A DNA stretch of 43,556 nucleotides from Promethearchaeota archaeon (GCA_016840085.1 JAEOTA010000002.1:1-43556), one strand, 5' to 3'; counted from the stretch's first letter, positions 18,906 to 30,267 are shown. Numbers and translations are program-made. The notes: a model not told the origin generated them from the sequence alone.

Positions 18906-19377
18906 CTAAAAGTCAGAGTGAGAAGACCAGATTCTATCTTCTGCTATTTTTATTGATTTCCGCCTCTTCAGTTTTTCGATAACTCTCTTCTTGTTAATCA
19001 ATCCATTAACTTTTCGTAATAACGACTGCTTATCAATAGCAATCATCTCAAATATCTGTTCTAACTCTTCTAAGGTAAAAAATGAGATACATTCCTCATT
19101 GAGAAAATCATCTAAGTATTCAATTTGATTTGTGTGAATCTGATCCTGGATAAATGATCTCATACACTCAAATGCTTTTTCATACCTCTCCAATGCTAAC
19201 TCTCTAATTAACCCGAAGATTTTAAAGAATTGAGGATTAAGTTCAAGAATTTTCACACACACTTTGAATGTACTCCGCTTCCACCCGAATTCAAAGAATA
19301 GAATCGCTAATCTACTTAACGCATAGATATTTTCAGAATCTTGCTGTAAAAGTTTTAAATATGCTTCCAGAGAGAGA
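18906..19377 (-). pseudogene. 5'-truncated TPR-containing protein
   Basis: The frame extends past GTG 19262 as SLEAYLKLLQQDSENIYALSRLAILFFEFG...CVKILELNP (TPR-like), with no ATG. Confidence 0.55.
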
Positions 19378-20058
19378 TGTTCTAAGAAAAAATTACCATA
19401 TCCCGCCCCTGCAATTGAGCTTAATCAAGGTCAGCTTTTTAAATCCATAAGAAAATTGGCTTTTACGCATAATTTTGATATGAAAATCCTTTCTGGGAAA
19501 TATGGATTAGTAGAACCACACACCATACTAGAACCTTATGACCAAAAACTGACTAAAAAAGAGGATATTGAGAAGTTTTCTGTAGAAATTAATTCAAAGA
19601 TTTGTCAAATATGGAGAGAATATGATCTTATTATCATCCTTATGGGAAAAAAATATCGCCAAGTTTTAGAACCCTATTTTGATGGGAAATTTAGGGTAAT
19701 AACTCATGAAAAAGGCATTTTTGGATATTTACATCGGTTATCTTATTTCAATACTTTAACAAAGGAAGAATTTTTTAAGGAAATTGAGAAATACCGAATT
19801 GTTGAATGTGCGGAATACCTGTGGAATAGATGGGATTTTAATTTCCCCCAAAAATATATTGATCCTAACCGCCCTCATTGTTGTAAGTTTTGCACGTATA
19901 GAAGCAGAAAGAATAAGAATGATATTTGCACATTTTCCAAATTATACCTTGAATATTATCAAAAAGTATTAGATGATAGAGCATTTTTTGAATCTCTTTC
20001 CAAGAAAAATCCTACTCTTGAAAAAATACCTCTTTCAAGTAGACTCAAATCCAATTAG
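19378..20058 (+). pseudogene. DUF6884-like protein with Cys-rich C-terminus, lacking its first residues
   Basis: In frame upstream of TTG 19456: CSKKKLPYPAPAIELNQGQLFK, then ILSGKYGLV..ILEPYD. No ATG/GTG/TTG between TAG 19324 and 19456. Confidence 0.65.
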
Positions 20059-20479
20059 AAGACAACATTAGATCATTTTATAAAATTATAGGTAAATAGT
20101 ATTCAAAATATCCCCTTTTTTTTTTAATTTTTGTTTCCTCTACCGATTAGTATTGATTGGGATTAATTTTTATTTAATTTCCAAATCTTTACTTCAATCT
20201 TGTTCTAATATTTGGTATCTAAAAAAGATTAAGGAGTTCCTAAATCAACTATTATCCATTATGAAAGTTTAAAAGATCTTTACAAAGATAATATGATATA
20301 ATAAAATAAAAAAAAAATTATTAGAATTTTTATTTACCATACATGCTTATTTGTATTTGATCGCCAAAAGGAGATCATTTTTTGTTATCTATATACATGC
20401 ATGGTGAAAGTTCTTGCTTGTTCAGTTAAACCACTTATTTTCTTAAATAAAATAGGAAAAAGTAGGTTGTTAAAGGGAA

Positions 20480-22501
20480 CTAATCCGACTCATCCCATTC
20501 TACATCAACTATTTTTTTGCCTTTCTTCTTCTTGTCTTCTTCTTTATCTTTTTCTGTTTTGTATGTAGCCCCACCCGCTCCTGTTTCATCCATTCCGCCT
20601 GGAGGCACACCTCCCATTCCACCTGGAGGGACTCCGCCCATACCGCCAGCAGCACGTTGGGCTTGTTCAGCAGCTTGTTGATAGACTTGATCTTGTGTTT
20701 GTGAAGCATAAATTCTTTGTGAAAAACTATACATAGATTTCTGTAAATTTTCTATGCCCATTTTAATCCGATTGACGTCATCAGTTTTAATATCTTCTTC
20801 TAATGATGAAATCGCAGCTTCAATCTGTTGTTTTTCATCTTCTTGGATTTTATCCTTGTTCTCTTCTATTAATTTTCTTGTCTGATAGATCATTGAGTCC
20901 GCATTATTCTTTGCTTCAACTAATTCTCTCACTTTTTTATCTTCATCTTCAAATTGTGAAGCTGTTCTAATTTTTTCCTCAATTTCTTCAGGAGTTAATC
21001 CTTTAGCACCTGTCACTGTAATACCCGTTTCTTTTCCAGTCCCTAAATCTTTTGCGGTGACATGGACTATTCCATCAGCATCAATTGAGAATTTTACTTC
21101 TATTTGTGGAACACCTCGAGGTGCTGGAGGAATTCCAGTTAAATGAAACATACCCAGCGAGATATTATCTTTAGCCATTGCTCTCTCTCCTTGAAGGACA
21201 TTAATAGTTACTGCGGGTTGATTATCAGCAGCGGTACTAAACTTCTCAGCTTTTTCAGTTGGTATAGTACTATTTCGTTCAATTAGTTTAGTAAATACTC
21301 CTCCGAGAGTTTCGACTCCTAGTGAAAGAGGAGTGACGTCTAATAATAATAAATCTTCGATATCTCCCGCTATAATTCCCCCTTGAATAGAAGCTCCTAT
21401 TGCAACACATTCCATTGGATCGACTCCATGTTCAGGCTCTTTTCCGAAAAATTTTCTAAATCTCTCTTGAACTGAGGGCATTCTAGTTGGACCACCAACT
21501 AAAATAATTTTGTGCATATCACTTGCAGATAACTTTGCGTCAGAAACAGCTCTTTGCATTATTGGATCAAGCCTTCTAAGAGTAGGTTCTATTAATTGCT
21601 CTAATTTTGCTCTTGTAAGTTCTATATTAATATGAACAGGATTACCTTCCTTTTGTGATATATAAGGTAAATCTATTGTTGTAGTGAGAGTTGTTGATAA
21701 TTCAATTTTAGCTTTTTCACCAGCGTCTTTAATTCTGATCATTGCTTTATTGTCACCCCTTAAATCAATTCCCTCTTTCTTTTTGAAATCTTCAGTTACC
21801 CAATCAATTATCGCGTTATCCATATCAGTCCCACCCAGCTGAGTATCGCCCGCGGTGGATAGGACTTCCACGACTCCCTCCCCGTATTCCATTAGTGTGA
21901 TATCAAACGTACCTCCACCAAGATCTAAAACACAGATTTTTAATAACTTCTCTTTCGTGTCTTTATCTAAGCCATATGCTAAACAGGCAGCAGTAGGTTC
22001 ATTGATCATTCGCACTACCTCAAGTCCTGCAATTTCACCAGCATTTTTGGTAGATGTTCGTTGAGCATCATTGAAATAGGCAGGAACTGTAATAACAGCT
22101 TTTTTCACGGGCTTTCCGAGATATGCTGAAGCGTCATTTTTAATTTTAGTTAGAATCATAGCGGAAATTTCTTCAGGTGAAAATTCTTGCGTTTTATCTC
22201 CAACTTTCAAATTCGCTTTATATGAGGTACCCATCTTTCGTTTTATAGCAGTCACTGTTCCATCGGGGTTCGATACTGCCTGGCGACGAGCTGGCTCACC
22301 AACAATTTTACGTCCACTATCATCAAAAGCTACATATGAAGGAAATGCCTTACCTCCAAGAGTTCTTCCTTCAGCAGCAGGAACTATTTCTGGTTTTCCC
22401 GTAGCACTCAATACAGCGCATGCACTATTCGAAGTTCCTAAATCGATTCCCACTATCGTCTCTTTTCTTGTAGTAGATTTTTTTGATTCTTCTTCACTCA
22501 T
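20480..22501 (-). CDS. dnaK: Chaperone DnaK (Hsp70)
   Basis: [37 protein letters not shown]; GGMGGVPP repeats in the tail. Confidence 0.98.
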   Translation of the reverse strand: MSEEESKKSTTRKETIVGIDLGTSNSACAVLSATGKPEIVPAAEGRTLGGKAFPSYVAFDDSGRKIVGEPARRQAVSNPDGTVTAIKRKMGTSYKANLKVGDKTQEFSPEEISAMILTKIKNDASAYLGKPVKKAVITVPAYFNDAQRTSTKNAGEIAGLEVVRMINEPTAACLAYGLDKDTKEKLLKICVLDLGGGTFDITLMEYGEGVVEVLSTAGDTQLGGTDMDNAIIDWVTEDFKKKEGIDLRGDNKAMIRIKDAGEKAKIELSTTLTTTIDLPYISQKEGNPVHINIELTRAKLEQLIEPTLRRLDPIMQRAVSDAKLSASDMHKIILVGGPTRMPSVQERFRKFFGKEPEHGVDPMECVAIGASIQGGIIAGDIEDLLLLDVTPLSLGVETLGGVFTKLIERNSTIPTEKAEKFSTAADNQPAVTINVLQGERAMAKDNISLGMFHLTGIPPAPRGVPQIEVKFSIDADGIVHVTAKDLGTGKETGITVTGAKGLTPEEIEEKIRTASQFEDEDKKVRELVEAKNNADSMIYQTRKLIEENKDKIQEDEKQQIEAAISSLEEDIKTDDVNRIKMGIENLQKSMYSFSQRIYASQTQDQVYQQAAEQAQRAAGGMGGVPPGGMGGVPPGGMDETGAGGATYKTEKDKEEDKKKKGKKIVDVEWDESD

Positions 22502-22744
22502 GCTTAAAACATCTCTTCTTCTAAGAATTTTAAGTATAAATTAATCTAATTTTCAAAGGTTTTCTAATATTTAATAATTTAATGATTATAATATTGTAAA
22601 ATTTACTATAGTTAAGTAATTAAACTAAATTTATAACTTTTATTTATAAAGATCTCTAAGTCATAAAATTAAAAAAAGTTAACTGATTTTTAATCATATA
22701 CTTACTGTTCATAAATACTATTTACTTATTATTAGGAAATTATC

Positions 22745-23590
22745 ATGAATGAAAATAGCAACAACGATATGAAAAATGAAAGTGGTGCAACCAGCACAAC
22801 CAAAGAAAGTGAAGATGAAACAATAAAACAAAAAGAAGATACTCAAGATAGTTTTGATAGCATATTAAAGCCTGATGAAATTAAAAAATTAGAAGAAAAA
22901 GAGCATTATGAATTAGAATATTTTTCTAAAGAGGATTTTACTGAAAAAATTCAAAATCTAGAGAAGACCTTAGAAGAAAAGGAAGATAAATTAAAAAAGC
23001 TACAAGAAGAAAATGAAAAATCAAAGAAAAAATATATGCATCTGCAAGCAGAATTTGAAAATGCTCAAAAGCGTTGGGATAAAAATAGACAAAATTTAAG
23101 AACAGAATATACTGCTTCTGCCTTAAAAACTTTTCTACCGCTCTATGATTCTTTTAAAAAAGCCCTTGAAAGCGCGAATGAACCAGAAAAAAATATACTT
23201 AATGGTTTCTATACCCAATTTATGAATATATTCAAATCACATGGAGCTGAACCTATACATGTAGAAGTGAATAGTCAATTTGATTATAGTGTACATGAGG
23301 CTTTAACTTCTATTGAAAAAGAAGATATGCCTGAAAACAATATAATAGAAGTAGTTCAAGATGGTTGGAAATATGGTAAAGAAGTTATACGTTATTCTAA
23401 AGTAATAATCTCTCGAAAGCCTAAACTTCCAGAACCAGAGCCTGAAGAAGAAAAAACTGAAGAAAAAGAAGCTGAAGAATCAATATCAGAAGAAGTTACG
23501 ACTGAACAAGTAAAAATAGAGGAAGAGAATAAAAAAGAGAAAAAGATCAAGAAGCATAAGAAAGATAAAGAAAAAGAAAAATCTGAATAA
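22745..23590 (+). CDS. grpE: Nucleotide exchange factor GrpE
   Basis: AEFENAQKR coiled coil, FDYSVHEAL, VVQDGW...VIRYSKV; charged terminal extensions. Confidence 0.92.
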   Translation: MNENSNNDMKNESGATSTTKESEDETIKQKEDTQDSFDSILKPDEIKKLEEKEHYELEYFSKEDFTEKIQNLEKTLEEKEDKLKKLQEENEKSKKKYMHLQAEFENAQKRWDKNRQNLRTEYTASALKTFLPLYDSFKKALESANEPEKNILNGFYTQFMNIFKSHGAEPIHVEVNSQFDYSVHEALTSIEKEDMPENNIIEVVQDGWKYGKEVIRYSKVIISRKPKLPEPEPEEEKTEEKEAEESISEEVTTEQVKIEEENKKEKKIKKHKKDKEKEKSE

Positions 23591-23802
23591 TCTACAATTT
23601 TAATCTATTTCTTTTTCTTTAAATCATAATCATTTGTGTTATAGAATTAAACCTAAAAAGTTAATTAGCTTGATATGCTATATAATATAGAAATAATTAG
23701 GACCAGTATATAGGAGAAAATTTTAAGAAAATAAACCAAAATTAAATAAAAATATTAATAAGATAATCAAATAATTAAAAAAGTAAAAGAGATAAACAAA
23801 TA

Positions 23803-24054
23803 ATGAGTGATGAACCACAACTCCCTCCAATCCCCGCGATAGGAGATATAATAGATCGAAAGAAGAGATTTGTTGAAAGAAAACATAGTGTTATAAAATG
23901 TGAAGCATGTAAAGCTGATTATTCAAGAACTTTCAAACCTGGAGACTTTGTATTTAAAAAAATCACTGATGAAGAATGTAATAAGTGTAAGCGAAGTAAA
24001 TCCTTAACAATTGTAGAGATTTACTCTGAATGGATTGATCCTAAGAAGGAGTAA
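23803..24054 (+). CDS. Small zinc-ribbon protein
   Basis: CEAC...R.FKPGDFVFK...CNKC...IVEIY. Confidence 0.75.
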   Translation: MSDEPQLPPIPAIGDIIDRKKRFVERKHSVIKCEACKADYSRTFKPGDFVFKKITDEECNKCKRSKSLTIVEIYSEWIDPKKE

Positions 24055-24197
24055 TTCAATCACTATCTTTTATTTATTATATCTATGAGGAGTAATTATT
24101 GTAAATTTATTTTATTTTTTTAAGGACTCTTTAGATTTTTAGAGGAATAGTAAGATAAACTATATATAAATTAAACATTATAAATAGTTGAAAAAAC

Positions 24198-24551
24198 TTG
24201 CAACGACTTAAAGAAATCTCAAAAAAAATAGCAGAAAGAAAAACTAAAATAAGAACATCTCTGAAATCATTAGTGGAACAATTAAAAAATTTTGGAGCGT
24301 TGAAAATATACGTTTTTGGTTCTTATAATCGGGATGAAATAGATGTAAATAGTGACCTTGACTTATTTGTTATCATGCCTTCAAATAAAACTGGAAAGGA
24401 ATGGATCGATTTCATATATAGCAACATTGAAAGAGAAGTTTCCTCAGATATAATTGTATTCAATATCGATGAATTTAATGATCAATTACCATCAAGTTCT
24501 TTCCTTACTAGTATTATCCAATCAGGGAGTTTAATTTATGAAAAGACCTGA
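24198..24551 (+). CDS. Minimal nucleotidyltransferase (MNT)
   Basis: FGSYNRDEIDVNSDLDL (GSx10DxD) plus a downstream D. Confidence 0.9.
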   Translation: MQRLKEISKKIAERKTKIRTSLKSLVEQLKNFGALKIYVFGSYNRDEIDVNSDLDLFVIMPSNKTGKEWIDFIYSNIEREVSSDIIVFNIDEFNDQLPSSSFLTSIIQSGSLIYEKT

Positions 24552-24954
24552 AAAAGAAGAAGCTTTAAGATGGTTTATTCATGCAAAGGATGAGTTTAAT
24601 GATGCTGACGAATTGAGAAAAAGAAATCGTTTTTATCTTGCGTTGTTTCACTTCCAACAATCAGCTGAAAAGGCTCTTAAAGCTTATTTATATTTAAATG
24701 TAAAATCTGTTGAAATTTTTTATACACATTCGATAACTGATTTATTAGAAATGGCAATTGAGATTGATTTTGAATTTAAAGAAATAACTACTGTAAAAAA
24801 ACTTGATCAATATTATATCCCAACTAAATATCCTAATGGCCTTCCAGGCGGAATTCCTTCTAGGTATTATGATGATCCAATTGAAGCTGAAAATGCAATG
24901 ACATTAGCTAAGGATTTAATTGATTTAATTGAAAAAAAGATAAATCTAGAATAA
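24538..24954 (+). CDS. HEPN domain protein
   Basis: FHFQQSAEKALKA, THSI, LDQYYIPTKYP; overlaps the MNT gene. Confidence 0.9.
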   Translation: MKRPEKEEALRWFIHAKDEFNDADELRKRNRFYLALFHFQQSAEKALKAYLYLNVKSVEIFYTHSITDLLEMAIEIDFEFKEITTVKKLDQYYIPTKYPNGLPGGIPSRYYDDPIEAENAMTLAKDLIDLIEKKINLE

Positions 24955-25018
24955 ATCTTTTAGGATTGAAAAAACATTTTTGATAATAAAGATTTTATAA
25001 AAAATATTAGTATGAGGG

Positions 25019-26014
25019 TTATTTCTCAAGTCCTAGCATTTTTATAATAAGATCTGCCATAGAATAAGGATCTAAAGACTTTTTAATGGCTTTTTCAATA
25101 TATTGTTCAATCTTTTCATCAGAATGTATTAATTTTTCTACTTTTTTGGTTAATTTATATTTCAAAATCTCTATGGTTTCACTTTTAATTCTATTTTTCA
25201 TATAGTTTGAAATAACTCCTGACTCTTCTAAAAAGGATTTATGATTTTCTATGAGTCCAAGAAGTTTGTCAAAGTTTTCCCCTGTTTTTGAATTTACTTT
25301 TGTAATTTCTGGAGTCCATTGATTTATTTTGGCAAATTTATCTTTAAAATCTTTAGATTCATATTTATAGCTTTTTCTAAATTCAAGCATTTGTTCTATT
25401 TCGGCTACTTTCTTATCTGTTCCAGGTAAATCCATTTTATTTACAACAAAAATATCTGTTATTTCCATAATTCCCGCTTTGATTGCTTGAATGTCATCAC
25501 CTAAACCTGGAACCAATAATACAACCACAGTTTCAGCAGATTTGAATATATCTACTTCAGATTGTCCGACACCAACAGTCTCAATGATTATTATATCACA
25601 TCCATAAGCGTCTAAGATTTTAATGGCATCTTCAGTAGCTCTCGCAAGCCCTCCCAATTGCCCTCTATTAGCCATACTTCTAATAAATACATTGTTGAGT
25701 GAAAAATTTTGTTTCATTCGTATTCTATCTCCTAAAAGAGCGCCACCCGTTAAAGGAGACGTAGGATCAACACAGATAATTCCAATTTTTTTACCCTGAT
25801 CAACATATCTTTTAGTTAGTGTTGAGATAAAGGTAGATTTACCAGTACCGGGAGCTCCTGTAATACCTAAGATATAGGCATTTCCAGTATATTCATAAAT
25901 AGAATTGATAATTTCTTCCGCTGCCTCAAAATTATTTTCAACAAAAGTAATTAAACGAGCTGCAGCTCTGGGGTTTCCTTCTAATAAAAGAGAAATAAAA
26001 TTAGAATAGTCCAT
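25019..26014 (-). CDS. meaB: Mutase-associated GTPase MeaB/ArgK
   Basis: GITGAPGTGKST, VDPTSP, LLGDRIRM, ETVGVGQSE, NKMD. Confidence 0.95.
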   Translation of the reverse strand: MDYSNFISLLLEGNPRAAARLITFVENNFEAAEEIINSIYEYTGNAYILGITGAPGTGKSTFISTLTKRYVDQGKKIGIICVDPTSPLTGGALLGDRIRMKQNFSLNNVFIRSMANRGQLGGLARATEDAIKILDAYGCDIIIIETVGVGQSEVDIFKSAETVVVLLVPGLGDDIQAIKAGIMEITDIFVVNKMDLPGTDKKVAEIEQMLEFRKSYKYESKDFKDKFAKINQWTPEITKVNSKTGENFDKLLGLIENHKSFLEESGVISNYMKNRIKSETIEILKYKLTKKVEKLIHSDEKIEQYIEKAIKKSLDPYSMADLIIKMLGLEK

Positions 26015-26021
26015 TCTGTTA

Positions 26022-26423
26022 TTATCTTTTCAAATTATTTTTAACAAATTCGACAATTGTTTTTAGATCAGTCCCGGGACCATGAAATCCTTTTAACCCA
26101 TGCTTTTCTAAAAACGATTTATCTTCATCAGGGATAATTCCTCCAACCGCAACAAGAACATCATCTATTTCATTTTCTTTTAATTTTTCCATGATTATTG
26201 GGCATAATGCATTATGAGCGCCCGATAACATACTTAACATAACAGCATCAGGATCTTCTTGGATTACAGTATTTACAATATCATCTGGAGTTTGATGTAT
26301 CCCTGTGTAAATTACTTCCATCCCAGCGTCTCGTAATGCTCGGGCTAAAATTTTTGCCCCTCTATCATGTCCATCCAAACCTGGTTTACATACAAGAACT
26401 TTTATTTTTTTACTTTCTGACAT
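26022..26423 (-). CDS. B12-binding small subunit of acyl-CoA mutase
   Basis: KPGLDGHDRG (DxHxxG), LSMLSG, GGIIP. Confidence 0.95.
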   Translation of the reverse strand: MSESKKIKVLVCKPGLDGHDRGAKILARALRDAGMEVIYTGIHQTPDDIVNTVIQEDPDAVMLSMLSGAHNALCPIIMEKLKENEIDDVLVAVGGIIPDEDKSFLEKHGLKGFHGPGTDLKTIVEFVKNNLKR

Positions 26424-26437
26424 TTTTTATCACCAAT

Positions 26438-28093
26438 TTAATAAACTGAGTCTTCTTGGTAAACTCCAAAAATCTCTTTTAGGGCATTGATAATTTCTCC
26501 GATAGAAGTGTATCTTCTTACAGCGTCAAGAATATATGGCATTAGATTTTCTGTGCTTCTCGCTGCCTCTTTTAATTTCTCTAAGCTCTCTTTTACACTA
26601 TTGTTATCTCGTTCTTCTTTTAAAATATTTAACTTTCTTACTTGTTCTTTCGCTACTTCTTCATCTATTTTTAAGAGTGGAACAGTACATGGTTCTCTTT
26701 GTTCATATTGATTTACAGCTACTATCGTCCTCTCTCTATTCTCAATTTCTTGTTGATATTTATAAGAAGCATTAGCAATTTCTTTTTGGAAGAAATTAGC
26801 TTTGATTGCAGGAATAACACCCCCTAAATCTTCAATCCTTCTAAAATATTCTTCTGCTTCTTCTTCCATTTTATTTGTGAGCCATTCAACGTAATAAGAG
26901 CCCGATAAAGGATCGACAGTATCGGTAACCCCTGATTCATAGGCAATAATTTGCTGTGTTCTTAAAGCGATTTTTACTGCATTTTCTGTTGGTAAACATA
27001 ATGCTTCATCAAATGAATTCGTATGTAAGGATTGAGTTCCACCCAAAATAGAAGCTAAAGCTTGGAGTGTTACTCTTACAATATTATTCTCAGGTTCTTG
27101 GGCTGTCAATGATACACCTGCGGTTTGGGTATGAAAACGTAATCTCATTGATTCAGGTTTTTTAGCTCCATATTTATTTTTCATATGTCTGGCCCAAATT
27201 CTCCTTGCTGCGCGATATTTACATACTTCTTCAAAAAAATTATTATGGGAATTAAAGAAAAAAGACAGTCGAGGAGCAAAACCATCTATATCTAAACCCC
27301 TTTCTAGAGCTGCTTCTACGTATGCAAAACCGTCTGCTAATGTAAAAGCTAATTCTTGAACAGCTGTTGAACCTGCTTCTCTTATATGATATCCACTTAT
27401 ACTGATAGTATACCATTGAGGAACATGTTTTGTACAATATTCTATAGTATCAATAATTAAACGCATAGAAGGTTCTGGAGGAAATATCCATGACTTTTGA
27501 GCTATATATTCCTTTAAGATATCGTTTTGAATAGTGCCTCTTAATTCTTCTGGAGTATGGCCTTGTTTTTCTGCAGTTACTATATACATTGCCAATAGAA
27601 TCGAAGCGGGCGCATTTATTGTCATGGAGGTACTTATTTTTGAAAGGTTAATTCCATCAAATAGAATTTCCATATCTTTTACTGTGTCAATTGCTACTCC
27701 CTCCTTTCCAATTTCTCCCAAAGCTCTCTCATCTATTGCTTCAATACCATAGATAGTGTGTAAACTAAAAGCTACACTCAATCCCGTGTTACCATGGTCG
27801 ATTAAAAATTTATAACGGTTGTTAGTTTGTTCTGCTGTTCCAAATCCAGCGAATTGTCTCATTGTCCAAAATTGACCGCGATACATATTAGGATAAGCGC
27901 CTCGAGTGAATGGATATTGTCCCGGAAATCCTAGATCTAAAGCATAATTTAAGTCTTTAATATCATTAGGAGTATATAAACGTTTAATATCTATTTCAGA
28001 TAAATTTCTAAAACTCTCTTTCCGTTCTTTTTTAAGTGAAATAGAATTCTCCCATTCTTCTTTTTCTTGTTCAATTCTGTCATGTTCTGTCAT
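26438..28093 (-). CDS. Acyl-CoA mutase large subunit (MCM family, isobutyryl-CoA-mutase-type residues)
   Basis: PFTRG, MRQFAGFG, QNDILKEYIAQ, ISGYHIREAG, GGTQSLHTN. Confidence 0.93.
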   Translation of the reverse strand: MTEHDRIEQEKEEWENSISLKKERKESFRNLSEIDIKRLYTPNDIKDLNYALDLGFPGQYPFTRGAYPNMYRGQFWTMRQFAGFGTAEQTNNRYKFLIDHGNTGLSVAFSLHTIYGIEAIDERALGEIGKEGVAIDTVKDMEILFDGINLSKISTSMTINAPASILLAMYIVTAEKQGHTPEELRGTIQNDILKEYIAQKSWIFPPEPSMRLIIDTIEYCTKHVPQWYTISISGYHIREAGSTAVQELAFTLADGFAYVEAALERGLDIDGFAPRLSFFFNSHNNFFEEVCKYRAARRIWARHMKNKYGAKKPESMRLRFHTQTAGVSLTAQEPENNIVRVTLQALASILGGTQSLHTNSFDEALCLPTENAVKIALRTQQIIAYESGVTDTVDPLSGSYYVEWLTNKMEEEAEEYFRRIEDLGGVIPAIKANFFQKEIANASYKYQQEIENRERTIVAVNQYEQREPCTVPLLKIDEEVAKEQVRKLNILKEERDNNSVKESLEKLKEAARSTENLMPYILDAVRRYTSIGEIINALKEIFGVYQEDSVY

Positions 28094-28276
28094 ATTACTC
28101 TTCCTCTAAACTTAACATGAAGGTTTGTTCTATCATTTGATAATTGTTTATTCTCAATTAGATAAGAGTTTGAAATTATATTAATTTTTTTTAAAGATTC
28201 TTAAGATCTCTAAATTTAAATTATCATCAGAAATTCTCTCTATAACTTCTACTAAAAATAAAAAAATAAAGAAAAA

Positions 28277-29404
28277 TTAGCTCAAAATATTCTTTTTAAA
28301 AATATACATCGGGTCTAACTCTCTTTCCTTAAGAAATCTCATTGCTTGTTCTTTAGGATCTTTTGGAAAGTCTTGTTCTCCCTCGCGATGCACTAAATAC
28401 GTAGCATCTTGTTTACATTTGTAGACACAAACTCCACATCCTAAGCATTGTTCTGGATTAAATAACACTTTCTTATCCTCTAGTTCAAGTGCTTTCATTG
28501 GACATGCACTAACACAAATACCACATCCAATACACTTTTCTTCATCCACTTCTCTTATATAATTAGATGGTTGGTGCCCTCTTGGTATTACTCCGGGCAT
28601 TTTTACAGCGGATTCTAAGAATAAACAACAACATGAACAACAGTTACATATAGTATCTATTCTTCCCTCGGTATTAGAAACACCATGAACCAATCCATCA
28701 TCGGCAGATCTTTTTAATATTTTCAGAGTTTCTTCTTTTGTAATTTCTCTACCAAACTCATTTTCTACACAATATCTTCCAAGTGTATCAAAATGTAGGC
28801 ACCTTTCTAATTCATGTTTACATTCTTCAAAATCAGGATCAAGATTATGTCTATGACTGCAAGGACATGCTGACAAAGAATAATACTCAAAATTGTCTAC
28901 TACTTTTAGAATGTCCTCATACGGCATAACTTGACGTGTATCACGTATAGTTTCATTTATTGGAATTGCCCGTAAACCTTGAGTCTCATGACCAACAAAC
29001 TCTTCTGCGTAAGTGTCAATATAATATTGATTCAAATAAGGTGAAATTTTACGATTTAATTTATTATCATCACCTTTCCATCCAATAGATCGATAAAAAA
29101 TAAACAATGAGTCATTAAGTGAATATCGAATACCAGAACTTCCTTCCATATGAAATATGATCCCTTTTTTTGCAAGTTTATCCAATTTTTTTATTAGCTT
29201 TTTTACAGGGATATCTAATTTCTCAGAAAGTTGTTCAACCGTATGTCCTATAAAAGGAATTTTCGCAAGAAACTCAGCTTCTTCAGGAGTAAATCTTAAT
29301 TCAAGGAGAGGCATTAGATATTTAGAGTCTGGTAATCTAAGTATCCAGTTTCTTAAATGTTCAATTAGATCTTTATAAGGTTCTATTTTCGACATAAAGA
29401 CCAT
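28277..29404 (-). CDS. Fe-S protein: N-terminal HTH-like region plus 2x[4Fe-4S] ferredoxin domain
   Basis: CPC, ICNCCSCCC, CIGCGICVSACP, CLGCGVCVYKC. Confidence 0.88.
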   Translation of the reverse strand: MVFMSKIEPYKDLIEHLRNWILRLPDSKYLMPLLELRFTPEEAEFLAKIPFIGHTVEQLSEKLDIPVKKLIKKLDKLAKKGIIFHMEGSSGIRYSLNDSLFIFYRSIGWKGDDNKLNRKISPYLNQYYIDTYAEEFVGHETQGLRAIPINETIRDTRQVMPYEDILKVVDNFEYYSLSACPCSHRHNLDPDFEECKHELERCLHFDTLGRYCVENEFGREITKEETLKILKRSADDGLVHGVSNTEGRIDTICNCCSCCCLFLESAVKMPGVIPRGHQPSNYIREVDEEKCIGCGICVSACPMKALELEDKKVLFNPEQCLGCGVCVYKCKQDATYLVHREGEQDFPKDPKEQAMRFLKERELDPMYIFKKNILS

Positions 29405-29529
29405 CTTATATTGATAGAATTTAAAATACTAAATATTTTATAAAAATCACTATTGATTCATAAAACGATTTAGTTTTAATTTTCTTCAACCAATTTAAGA
29501 TTAATAAATATCAAAAACTATAATTAATC

Positions 29530-30267
29530 ATGACTAAACTTATCTATCTTGGGTGTTTAAGCACTAGATCCTATGAATCAACATGTAAAAATGCTATAAA
29601 AATAATTCAATTCTTGGATAGTGAATACAAAATTATAGAAAATCCACCATGTTGTGGTTCTTTAGCTTATAATATAACTTCAGAAGAAATAATGAAAAAA
29701 CATGTGGAATTTGTAAATGAATGGTTTAAACAAAATGAAATTACTGAACTCGTAACGATATGTGCTGGCTGTTATTCTTATTTATCTCGTTATTATAATG
29801 AATTTTTAGGTTCTGAATTCAATGTTAAAGTAAAACATTTATTACAATTTATAGTTGAACCTGAAAATTTAGATAAGTTAAATTTAAGGAATTCAGGAAA
29901 GCTAATCAAAGTGAATTATCATGATGCATGTCATTTACGTAATGCTCCAGTTCCAATAATAGAAGAACCAAGAATTATATTAAACTCAATCGATAATATT
30001 GAATTGGTAGAAATGGATTATAACAAAACAAATAGTATTTGTTGTGGAGCTGGAGGGGGAGTTTATTCAATATTTAAAGAAAATAGTGATTACAACGCTA
30101 AAGCAATTTTTGATAATATGAAAAAAGGTAAAGCTCTACTAACTGCTTGCCCGTTTTGCTATACAGCGTTAAAACGGATTAGTGAGGAGAATAAAATAAG
30201 AAAACCTGTTATTAAATTTGAAGATTTTATTGTAAAATTGATTGATGGAGTTGATCCAATAAGTTGA
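29530..30267 (+). CDS. CCG-domain Fe-S protein (LutA/HdrB/GlpC-like)
   Basis: Two CCG repeats: CCG..CAGC and HDACH..CCG..ACPFC. Confidence 0.88.
   Translation: MTKLIYLGCLSTRSYESTCKNAIKIIQFLDSEYKIIENPPCCGSLAYNITSEEIMKKHVEFVNEWFKQNEITELVTICAGCYSYLSRYYNEFLGSEFNVKVKHLLQFIVEPENLDKLNLRNSGKLIKVNYHDACHLRNAPVPIIEEPRIILNSIDNIELVEMDYNKTNSICCGAGGGVYSIFKENSDYNAKAIFDNMKKGKALLTACPFCYTALKRISEENKIRKPVIKFEDFIVKLIDGVDPIS

Noticed and set aside
19268-19972. ORFs 19268-19450 and 19784-19972
   Set aside because: Alternate frames over the TPR and DUF6884-like remnants.
20590-20650. 24-bp GC-rich tandem repeat
   Set aside because: Encodes the GGMGGVPP linker of DnaK; ordinary.
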